DNA of 34,789 nucleotides from Silvanigrellaceae bacterium (GTDB lineage Bacteria; Bdellovibrionota_B; Oligoflexia; Silvanigrellales; Silvanigrellaceae): NCBI GenBank assembly GCA_049423385.1, contig JBMSQQ010000031.1, positions 1 to 34,789 of the forward strand, read 5' to 3'. Shown piece by piece: positions 27,572 to 34,789 of this stretch (position 1 is its first letter; each line of letters starts with the position of its first letter). The notes under the pieces were generated by a model. It saw only the letters and a program-made list of their open reading frames with translations, ran no database searches and was not told where the DNA came from. The position numbers and the translations under genes were made by a program.

Positions 27572-28728
27572 AAATCGCAAAAATTTGCTTGCTCACTTTT
27601 TCAGCCCTGCCAACCCTTGTCATGTCCAGTCGTGCAGATGCCGCGCCCAAGAAAGGTGTCGACGGCACCGATCGCGTTCTTGATGCGACAACCGATGAAA
27701 AGAAAAGAAGCGTCAAAGGTGCATCGAATGGATTGAGCGCAATTCTTGGCGGCGAGTACGGCATACTCAAGGCAACACCGGATGACTCAACAAAATTCGC
27801 CCCCAAGAACGGGAACACTCTCGAATTGAAACTGTTGGCGGGATGGTTGTTCAAAGACTTCATGATCGACTCTGGTGCCGGCTTCTACTATTACAAGGTC
27901 AGAGGAAAAGAATTCATCAACGAGAAAAATGAAAAAGTGGACAACGATCGGGAACTTTCGGTCTCCGGCCTGCTTGTTGAGTTTTCTCCGCTCTATCGAC
28001 TGACCAACAATATTTTCACAGGCGTGGTGACTCAAATCAGGGTGCCTGCGTTCAATGATTATTACTCGGAGGCTGCAGGTACAAGCCTTCAAATGACAGC
28101 CGGTGGGCAATTGGGTTTCCAGTTTTTTGATCGCGAGCTCAACAGCCGCGTGACCCTCAAAGCACACACAAGTCTTGGCTTGAAGGGCTGGAAAGACGTA
28201 GCCTACGCCATGGGTATCCAATTTGGACTTCCCTTCCGTCAGCCAGATTCCTTGATCATCCGGAAGACAACCACCGTCAACAAACTCCGGGAAGTTGTCG
28301 AATATCGCAAAAAGGATTTTACAATCACGCTGACAGCGAATGTTGTGAAGTTGGCTCTCGACAACGTACTCACTTTCTATGTTGATCCAAGCGGACGCCC
28401 GACACTGACCCCTGAAGCGCAGGTCTTTTTGTTGAACATTGGCAACTCTCTCACAGCAAATGATTATTTGTGGGAAAGCCTTCGGGTCGACGCGCAGTCT
28501 CCCGGGCACATCACATCAGTTACGGATAGTTTGGGATCGATCGGAGTGCCTTCACGAAAAATCAAACGCGGAAAGAGTCTCCAGGAAGTTGCCGACGGAG
28601 GAAACGCCAGCGTCGACTTTACCTTTTCTGGCGTGAAAAACACTCAACAGCTTGCAGACAAAATCAGGGAAGCCATGAAAACGGCGAAAATTCCTGAAAA
28701 CTGCAACAAGAATGGTGTTTGCGAATAA
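27568..28728 (+). CDS. outer-membrane beta-barrel protein with degenerate OmpA-like domain (likely paralog of the upstream gene)
   Basis: Signal peptide (..ADA-A), barrel-like strands ending ..MGIQFGLPF, and a C-terminal domain that aligns by eye with the upstream OmpA domain. ATGA overlap. Confidence 0.6.
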   Translation: MKIAKICLLTFSALPTLVMSSRADAAPKKGVDGTDRVLDATTDEKKRSVKGASNGLSAILGGEYGILKATPDDSTKFAPKNGNTLELKLLAGWLFKDFMIDSGAGFYYYKVRGKEFINEKNEKVDNDRELSVSGLLVEFSPLYRLTNNIFTGVVTQIRVPAFNDYYSEAAGTSLQMTAGGQLGFQFFDRELNSRVTLKAHTSLGLKGWKDVAYAMGIQFGLPFRQPDSLIIRKTTTVNKLREVVEYRKKDFTITLTANVVKLALDNVLTFYVDPSGRPTLTPEAQVFLLNIGNSLTANDYLWESLRVDAQSPGHITSVTDSLGSIGVPSRKIKRGKSLQEVADGGNASVDFTFSGVKNTQQLADKIREAMKTAKIPENCNKNGVCE

Positions 28729-28783
28729 CGGCGGGTTGATTTCAAGCGTCGATTTTCGAAATTGGCGGAATCGGCTTGCTGAT

Positions 28784-29911
28784 TCAGCAACGTTCGGTGG
28801 CGGCTGGAGTTTTGCCCTTGAAAATTGAATCTATCAATTCCCGATAAGGCTCCAGCACAATGTAGGCAAGCGACGTCAACATGACTCCGCGTTGACCTTT
28901 GGCGACACCTGTCCATTGAAAGACACCTAGTTGTTCGCCGACGGCGAGATTGGTCTCAATCAATTCCGCCAAGGCGGCGGGTTTCCTGTCACGGCATCCG
29001 AGAAGTTCCGCAAGGGCAAGCGCATTCTGACTCCCCCCCTGAATGAAACCTGAGACAGCTCGACACAGCACCGGGAAAGTCACGGGTGTTTCACAAACAA
29101 CAGGGGAGGTTTCACCAAACTCAAATCCCGCAAGCAAAACGACAAGCGCGATGATGCTCAATGAACGTCTCTCTATTTCTCTCGAAGAAAACGATTTCAC
29201 AGCCAGGCTTGCATCCTTGACCAGCTGCCTCTCAGTTGAAAAGGCTTCAAGACGCCAGGCGAGCAACAAGAGAGGGTCCCGAGAAATTTTCTCCAGAACC
29301 TCATCAATAGTTTGTCCCCACCTCTCTTGAGATTGAGAGACCATCTCCCGCCAATTCAAGTGTTCCGACAATGCCTGCCCCAGCATCTCCGTGCTGGGAC
29401 GGAGATCGACACCCTGCCTCATCGCAAGCATTTGCATGTCGACGACCCTCAGAAGCAGATGCAGCAATTCAGAAGGATAGTGACCAAGCCCGGTCGCCAC
29501 CCACTCATCCGGACGACAGACGACGATTCTTTGAACGACTGCCGTGCAGAACTCCTGGCTGAGAATCAGCCAATCTGGCTCGGATTCGAGATACCGCAGG
29601 ACGTGAAAATCAGCCAACTGCTGATATGCAGCTTGATCGAGCCAGTCGAGAAGCAATCCACTGGAAATATGGGTCCGCCTCGACTGCTCTATGGCCAAAA
29701 GTCGGCGTGACTCGGGCGCAAAAACAATGAAGCCGAACTGCTGAAAAACAGCTGCTACAGCAGCCTCGTGAAATGCCAAGGCCAAGGGCGTTGCATTTTC
29801 CAAAAGCACTTCCTGAGCTGATTCACGCAGTACGCGGGCCAATGCCCTGTTTTTCGAAGCACTGTCCTGCCATCGCGCCAATTGTGAAAAATCAATCATC
29901 TGGTTCATCAT
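28784..29911 (-). CDS. hypothetical helical protein, possible C-terminal winged helix
   Basis: 375-aa ORF filling the gap between genes, with SD AAGGA. No family recognised. Confidence 0.65.
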   Translation of the reverse strand: MMNQMIDFSQLARWQDSASKNRALARVLRESAQEVLLENATPLALAFHEAAVAAVFQQFGFIVFAPESRRLLAIEQSRRTHISSGLLLDWLDQAAYQQLADFHVLRYLESEPDWLILSQEFCTAVVQRIVVCRPDEWVATGLGHYPSELLHLLLRVVDMQMLAMRQGVDLRPSTEMLGQALSEHLNWREMVSQSQERWGQTIDEVLEKISRDPLLLLAWRLEAFSTERQLVKDASLAVKSFSSREIERRSLSIIALVVLLAGFEFGETSPVVCETPVTFPVLCRAVSGFIQGGSQNALALAELLGCRDRKPAALAELIETNLAVGEQLGVFQWTGVAKGQRGVMLTSLAYIVLEPYRELIDSIFKGKTPAATERC

Positions 29912-29977
29912 TCCTTGAGCATCTCAAATTAGCGAATTGTCCGCATGGCCCCGGCTTGCCGAACAGCAATTTGACGG

Positions 29978-29994
29978 CTGGCATGAGTCTTGCA
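29978..29994 (+). promoter_or_regulatory. sigma54 (RpoN) -24/-12 promoter
   Basis: CTGGCATGAGTCTTGCA matches YTGGCACG-N4-TTGCW with exact GG-N10-GC spacing. It lies upstream of SD GGAGG (30017-30021) and GTG 30028. Confidence 0.75.
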
Positions 29995-30027
29995 GCCGGA
30001 AGGATTGTTCATCCATGGAGGACTCCC

Positions 30028-30360
30028 GTGATCCCGGTCAGTGACAACCATTCTTGTGCCTCAACAATTCTCAAACCACCCGGTATGCCACGCAGAGTCA
30101 AGGAACTCCTCTTGTTTCTGGAAAAATCTCCCTCAGGCCTGGCATCAACGCAATTGTCGGTTGCCCTGCATGGCGAAGCTCGAATGTCTGCTCATGCCCC
30201 GGACATATCCCGTGCACGCCTCGAGGCAACAAGAAAACTCATCCAAAGAACCAAGCACAGGCTCGACCAGAACAACTCGAACTGGCGCCTGGAATACTGC
30301 AAGAAGCTCCGCGTTTGGCGAACAATAAAAATCGCGCTGAAAAATCCACAACCACAATGA
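30028..30360 (+). CDS. small stand-alone winged-helix (OmpR/PhoB effector-like) protein, 110 aa
   Basis: SD GGAGG plus in-frame GTG. PRRVKELLLFLEKSP..LASTQLSVALHGE..RKLIQRTKHRL..WRLEY resembles the trans_reg_C pattern. Confidence 0.6.
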   Translation: MIPVSDNHSCASTILKPPGMPRRVKELLLFLEKSPSGLASTQLSVALHGEARMSAHAPDISRARLEATRKLIQRTKHRLDQNNSNWRLEYCKKLRVWRTIKIALKNPQPQ

Positions 30361-30428
30361 AGTAGGCAAAAATGAGCCACTTCAGAGGATTCGAATGAAT
30401 CATAATAAGCAATGAAGGAGAGATCAAA

Positions 30429-31472
30429 ATGAACCGTTTTGCAAAACTCTCGCTGCTGCTGGCGGCAGCGCTTTTAATTGTTGGACTTGCTGTCGTCGTA
30501 AAGCGCAATCATCTTGAATCCGGATACGTGTCCGCAGGCAAGACTCAAGTCAATTTCAATATCACGGTGCGCGGCACCGGTGGCAGAGCTGTCAAGAACT
30601 CCCGAATTTCTCTCTATGATCCTGAAAAAATCGAACTTGGAATCACAGATCAAAACGGTTCACTTTCGCAAAAAGAGCTGGTCAACAGTGGGAGATCGGT
30701 CATTCTTCAAGCAGAAGGAATTGCATTCAAGATGCAACGGGTTGTATTGATACCCCGTTCAGCAACCTACAATGCGACCCTCTTTTTCGATCTGGCCGAA
30801 GTTCACGAGGGAAACGCAACTTTGGTTTCAGCTGCCAACACCGAATCAACATCTTTGGTCAAAGTTCAAACACCCGCGCCGACATTGTTGTCTTTTGAAC
30901 TGCAGAACTCGAAGGTTTCGAATGATGCAAAGTCTGAAATGCGCAAGTGGATCAACTCTGCAGCTTCAAAACTGGGCATCACTTCTGGTATCCGAATCAA
31001 ATGCACAAGTTGGGAAGGCAGCGCTGAAATTCATGAATGTGGAATGACGACAGCATCAGGCAAATCCATTTTCAGACTCTTCCGCACCTTACCGCTTTCG
31101 GAGCAGGCAAGCGAATCATGGCTGAAGGATTTTGATTCAGAAAATGAACCTGGGAAAGAGTTCATACCAGAAAACAGCGACCTGGTTTTCAATGTCCGCC
31201 ACGGCGGAGAAAAATTCAGGGTCTACTATGCCAATAAACCATTGGTTCCATGGAAAGAGAAAAAGACATCAAACATTTACAGAGTAAACAAATCCAAAAT
31301 GAAAGCGCGCGAGAACGACGATTCAGACCTTACGATTATCACTGAATCTCAACAGGTGCTGCAGAGAAAAATTTCTTCGGCAAGCAAAAAGCGGGCATAC
31401 AGATTTCGAATTCCGAACTACAATGGTTTTGAACTTTCGCAACGCGAAGGTGGATCTTCAATCGCTAGGTAA
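30429..31472 (+). CDS. hypothetical exported or membrane-anchored protein with an N-terminal beta-sandwich-like domain
   Basis: SD AAGGAG, N-terminal hydrophobic helix, and 'G.TDQNG' Ig/prealbumin-like motif. Confidence 0.65.
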   Translation: MNRFAKLSLLLAAALLIVGLAVVVKRNHLESGYVSAGKTQVNFNITVRGTGGRAVKNSRISLYDPEKIELGITDQNGSLSQKELVNSGRSVILQAEGIAFKMQRVVLIPRSATYNATLFFDLAEVHEGNATLVSAANTESTSLVKVQTPAPTLLSFELQNSKVSNDAKSEMRKWINSAASKLGITSGIRIKCTSWEGSAEIHECGMTTASGKSIFRLFRTLPLSEQASESWLKDFDSENEPGKEFIPENSDLVFNVRHGGEKFRVYYANKPLVPWKEKKTSNIYRVNKSKMKARENDDSDLTIITESQQVLQRKISSASKKRAYRFRIPNYNGFELSQREGGSSIAR

Positions 31473-32777
31473 TCCGATTTTTACATTCACTTTTTGAGGC
31501 CTTGGAGTGGGTGCGACTGTGGGTTGCACCGAAATCACCTTCTCCTGAACCTGCTCATCGACTCGTTCAATCGTTGCAGTGACAGTGGAAGTTATTTTTT
31601 CAACTTCTCGGGTCACATTGACAACCGGCACCGGCACTGGAGTTGAAACAGGCAGAGGTTGAACTTCAGCTCCCTGAACTCTTGTTGTGTCTTCACTGGT
31701 CGAAGCTGGTGCCTGGGTGGAGCGGGTGGTTTGAGATGAATCACTCGGAACAGCTGTCTTGTTGGTGTCGGGGGTACGGTTGGGCGAGCTGTTTACAACA
31801 GTTCCACCGGGCGCGAAAATTGGCTTGACAGTTCCTGAAGCTCGCCGACCTTCTGGTTGCCTGTCTTCAGATTCCGATTTCACGGCTGCTGACTTTTTAT
31901 TTTCCTTTTCTTCCGCGCCGGAACGATCGCCTGGTTTGTTGTTTTCCTTTTCCCCTTGGCCAGAGGGTTCGTTTGATTCCTCGCTGCCCCTCTTTTCTCC
32001 GTCCGGGCGCTCATCTGGTTTTTTCTTTTCGTCGCCGCCACCGCGGCTGCCGGAATTGTCTGGTGATTTTTCACTGCCCGGGACCGATGGGCCGTCCTCT
32101 GTGAAACCCATTTCAGCCGACACGGCGGGAACCAGCTTCTGTATCTGTTCCTTGCTGACTGGCTTGGGTGCCTCGGGCACAACTCCGGGGTCCACCCGTG
32201 TTGAAAAATTTGGCGAAACCGGAATGCTGACGTCGGGAAATTTCGGGTTCCTGACCTCAACCAATCCTGTCAACACGACAAGCTGGGTCGCACCATCGGG
32301 TGCAACGTTGATAACGCCGCTTGTTCCACGAATTCCCATGATCGCAGTCTTGCTTCGGAATTGTGTACTTGTTTTCACTTTCGCTTTTGGATTTACAAAA
32401 AATTTGAGCTTGCCATTCAGGACATCAAAAGTGGATTCGGCCAAGCCGCCCGAATTTGCCGAAGATGCTCGCTTGAATTTTTCAATACTGACCGCAGATC
32501 TTTCATAAATTGTGAAGGAGCTTCCGTCCTTGAATCTCAACTGAACGATTCCTCCCGGGCCGGTCTCGACCTTGTCGGTTTCGCGCACCGAAACACCTTT
32601 CACGATTTCGACCTGCTGCTGGCTTCGAATGAGCTTCACCACTCCTGAGAACGCAGAAACTTCAGCCACGCCGGCGTCCGCTGCAATTGCCCTACCATCC
32701 ACCCCGAAAAACATGGACAGGGAACAAAGTCCCATCCAAAGCAAACGGTTGTTTGGATTGACAGTGCTTGGATTCAT
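31458..32777 (-). CDS. FecR-domain protein with long low-complexity C-terminal tail
   Basis: Signal-like segment, FecR motifs D.VETG...V.L.F.DGS, G.RGT and V..G.VEV, and a Pro/Ser/Glu/Lys-rich tail. Start taken at ATG 32777; the ORF track starts at 32849. Confidence 0.8.
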   Translation of the reverse strand: MNPSTVNPNNRLLWMGLCSLSMFFGVDGRAIAADAGVAEVSAFSGVVKLIRSQQQVEIVKGVSVRETDKVETGPGGIVQLRFKDGSSFTIYERSAVSIEKFKRASSANSGGLAESTFDVLNGKLKFFVNPKAKVKTSTQFRSKTAIMGIRGTSGVINVAPDGATQLVVLTGLVEVRNPKFPDVSIPVSPNFSTRVDPGVVPEAPKPVSKEQIQKLVPAVSAEMGFTEDGPSVPGSEKSPDNSGSRGGGDEKKKPDERPDGEKRGSEESNEPSGQGEKENNKPGDRSGAEEKENKKSAAVKSESEDRQPEGRRASGTVKPIFAPGGTVVNSSPNRTPDTNKTAVPSDSSQTTRSTQAPASTSEDTTRVQGAEVQPLPVSTPVPVPVVNVTREVEKITSTVTATIERVDEQVQEKVISVQPTVAPTPRPQKVNVKIGLPSD

Positions 32778-32941
32778 CGGGATACCCCCAGAGCAACAGG
32801 CCCTTGAGTATGGTCGGTCGTTTTGAGTGCCGATTTGAGGCAATGTCAAAACTGACCTTCCAAGCCCTACGGCTCGCCATAATCAACCGCTGAGGTAAAA
32901 ATAAAATCAATCATATCAGCGAAATACCAAAACTGGAAAGT

Positions 32942-33349
32942 TTGAGGCAATCCGGAAAGCGCGGACAAAAGAGGGATGCCGTTGCCAGGGCACGTTCTGG
33001 CTCGGTTTTATGTCTTTGCATCGGAGCCAATGTCGTGAGAATTGCGACAAGCAGCCCGGTTTTTGAAGTGGCGATTGTCACATCAAAGAAGCAGGTTTCC
33101 AAAAAGGCTGTGAAGCGAAATCTCACCAAAAGGCGTGTGCGGGCAGCACTACAGATGGTTGATTTGGCAACTCATTCGGAACGATTGGAAAACTCAGGCG
33201 TTTCAAGGATTACGCTATTGCTGGTATGCAACCGGGAAACCACGACAACCCCCTTTGCCAAACTTGTTGAAGACTTGCAAAAGGCCATTGCCCGCACCCT
33301 GGACCAGGTTTTCAGCCGCATCGGTGACTCAAATGAGCCAAATTCTTAA
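32942..33349 (+). CDS. rnpA: ribonuclease P protein component
   Basis: RNR-type motif [19 protein letters not shown], immediately upstream of yidD-yidC. Start uncertain. Confidence 0.82.
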   Translation: MRQSGKRGQKRDAVARARSGSVLCLCIGANVVRIATSSPVFEVAIVTSKKQVSKKAVKRNLTKRRVRAALQMVDLATHSERLENSGVSRITLLLVCNRETTTTPFAKLVEDLQKAIARTLDQVFSRIGDSNEPNS

Positions 33350-33581
33350 GCGTTTGGCTCGGATTTCAGAGTTGGCTGCCATTGCCTTGATCCGACTTTA
33401 CCAACGGTGTATCTCTCCAGCGCTCGGACCGCGGTGCAGGTTTTATCCATCATGTTCTGAATATGCTTCGCAATGTATCGCAGTTCACGGAATTCTTCGA
33501 GGCACGGTTTTAACCGGCAAACGGCTTTGCAAATGCCATCCCTGGCATCCGGGAGGTGTAGACCTTCCACCAGGGCGATGA
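33333..33581 (+). CDS. yidD: membrane protein insertion efficiency factor YidD
   Basis: [21 protein letters not shown]...HG...[13 protein letters not shown]. Start at ATG 33333. Confidence 0.95.
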   Translation: MSQILKRLARISELAAIALIRLYQRCISPALGPRCRFYPSCSEYASQCIAVHGILRGTVLTGKRLCKCHPWHPGGVDLPPGR

Positions 33582-33624
33582 ATACCGGACAATCAAACAA
33601 CCTCAGTCCTTAGGGATTTAATCC

Positions 33625-34789
33625 GTGACCCTGAAATTGAAACAAGACTCTCTGTCCTCGAAAGCCAGGTTTATGCTCTCCGCGTCTACACTGGCAATTT
33701 CTCTTTTGATTTTTGGTGTGAGTCACGCCCAATCGATGATTGCGCCTGCAAATCCGGACTTTCTGGATCGGGACGATCTCGTCGTCAGGTTCGCGTCCCA
33801 GGGCGGATGCATCAAGGACCTTCAAATCAAGAATTTCAAGGAATCTCTTGGCGGAGAGGAAAATGCGAGGGTCACGGGTGGTCGTGTCCAATGTCGAGCT
33901 CTGGCTGTCAAAATCGGTCAGGAAGATCTGAGAAATAGCCCTGCCGAGATTTCGATTGCTGGACAGGGATCCGCCACGATTGTGCAAAAGTCGGGAGCCA
34001 TTGAAGTCTCAAGAACGCTGCAACTTCGCGAACCCTACACCGGTGAGTTTTCTGTCATGGTCAAGAACACCGGCAGTGCACCTTGGAGTGGTCCTGTTGG
34101 CGTCGACGTTGGGCTCGTGTCGGAACCAAAGGATGCTGGTGGCTTGTTTGGTGGGCCCAGCATGGAATACCGCGAGGCAGTTTTCTACGCCGATGAAAAA
34201 CTCACTCGGGTCAATCTGCCTTTTGATGAAAAAACGACTTTGAGCGTTTTGGAAGAAAAATCATCTTTCAAGCCTGAATGGGTTGCTTCAAACTCGCTCT
34301 ACTTTGCCCTGGCTCTGCTTCCAAAGGGCGGCGAACTTTTCGATGTCAAAGTGATTCGCACAGGTTTCAATTCCGGACCGACTCCGCAATTGCTGGACCG
34401 CACGCTTTACGAGCTCTGGGTTTCAACAATTGTGAATGACCTCGCGCCCGGCAGCAGTAAAACAATCAATTTCGATTTTTATGCAGGTCCCAAGTCGAAA
34501 TCAGCCCTCAGCGCATCTTTCAACTCAAAAAGCCTCTCCAAGAACATTGACTTTGGCTTTTTCAGCGTCGTCGCGTGGCCACTGTTTTACGTTCTCAAAT
34601 GGTTTGAAACAATTTCGAAAAACTGGGGTCTTGCGATCATCCTGCTGACCCTCGTTCTTAAGATAGTGCTTTATCCGCTGACCGAGAAAGCCTTTGTGGC
34701 CGGTAAGAAGATGCAGAAACTTCAGCCTGAGTTGAATGCCCTGAAGGACAAATTCAAGGATGACAAACAAGCGCAGCAAAAGGAGATGA
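33625..34789 (+). CDS. yidC: membrane protein insertase YidC (3'-truncated by the window edge)
   Basis: Open frame from GTG 33625 to the window end; it is absent from the ORF track because it has no stop in the window. Contains YAGPK, IDFGFF...WP, NWGLAIILLT...K..LYPL and KMQKLQPE. Confidence 0.95.
   Translation, partial: MTLKLKQDSLSSKARFMLSASTLAISLLIFGVSHAQSMIAPANPDFLDRDDLVVRFASQGGCIKDLQIKNFKESLGGEENARVTGGRVQCRALAVKIGQEDLRNSPAEISIAGQGSATIVQKSGAIEVSRTLQLREPYTGEFSVMVKNTGSAPWSGPVGVDVGLVSEPKDAGGLFGGPSMEYREAVFYADEKLTRVNLPFDEKTTLSVLEEKSSFKPEWVASNSLYFALALLPKGGELFDVKVIRTGFNSGPTPQLLDRTLYELWVSTIVNDLAPGSSKTINFDFYAGPKSKSALSASFNSKSLSKNIDFGFFSVVAWPLFYVLKWFETISKNWGLAIILLTLVLKIVLYPLTEKAFVAGKKMQKLQPELNALKDKFKDDKQAQQKEM

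Noticed and set aside
28729..28791. Imperfect hairpins between convergent genes
   Set aside because: The pairing is irregular and lacks a U-tract, so a terminator or ncRNA cannot be supported.
31759..32508. Long antisense ORFs (249 aa here; also 27787-28509, 9922-10536, 25375-25926)
   Set aside because: They lie opposite well-supported genes and show no recognisable motifs; they are shadow ORFs.
1..34789. CRISPR arrays, IS elements, integrase or prophage genes
   Set aside because: No regularly spaced repeats and no transposase, recombinase or phage-like proteins were seen, and composition looks uniform by eye.

Overview
A gene-dense bacterial chromosomal segment of roughly 47-48% GC (estimated by eye). 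The gene styles suggest Bdellovibrionota/Oligoflexia, but this is inference and was not checked. Most of it is housekeeping: initiator tRNA-Met, speE, coaBC, plsC, an MsbA-like ABC exporter, an aldehyde dehydrogenase, queD/queE, tsaE-murG-hmgA, gshB, mltG, an Rsm22-like methyltransferase, pgsA, ahpC and rnpA-yidD-yidC (yidC runs off the right edge). Envelope and lipoprotein genes and several hypotheticals lie between them. No transposase, integrase, prophage or CRISPR array was seen. The best candidate for an undescribed system is a ~1005-aa alpha-solenoid (HEAT-like) protein ending in a HEPN-like domain with an intact RNxxxH motif. It lies 6 bp upstream of a flagellin gene that is broken by one in-frame TAA. 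Other oddities are an archaeal-type CoaBC (PTMH and EEGK motifs, no ACG-motif Cys), a near-consensus sigma54 promoter in front of a stand-alone winged-helix ORF, a coupled OmpA-family pair whose second member has lost its peptidoglycan-binding motifs, a LolB-like lipoprotein, and a YidC with an apparently cleavable signal peptide. All calls come from reading motifs by eye; no searches were run.
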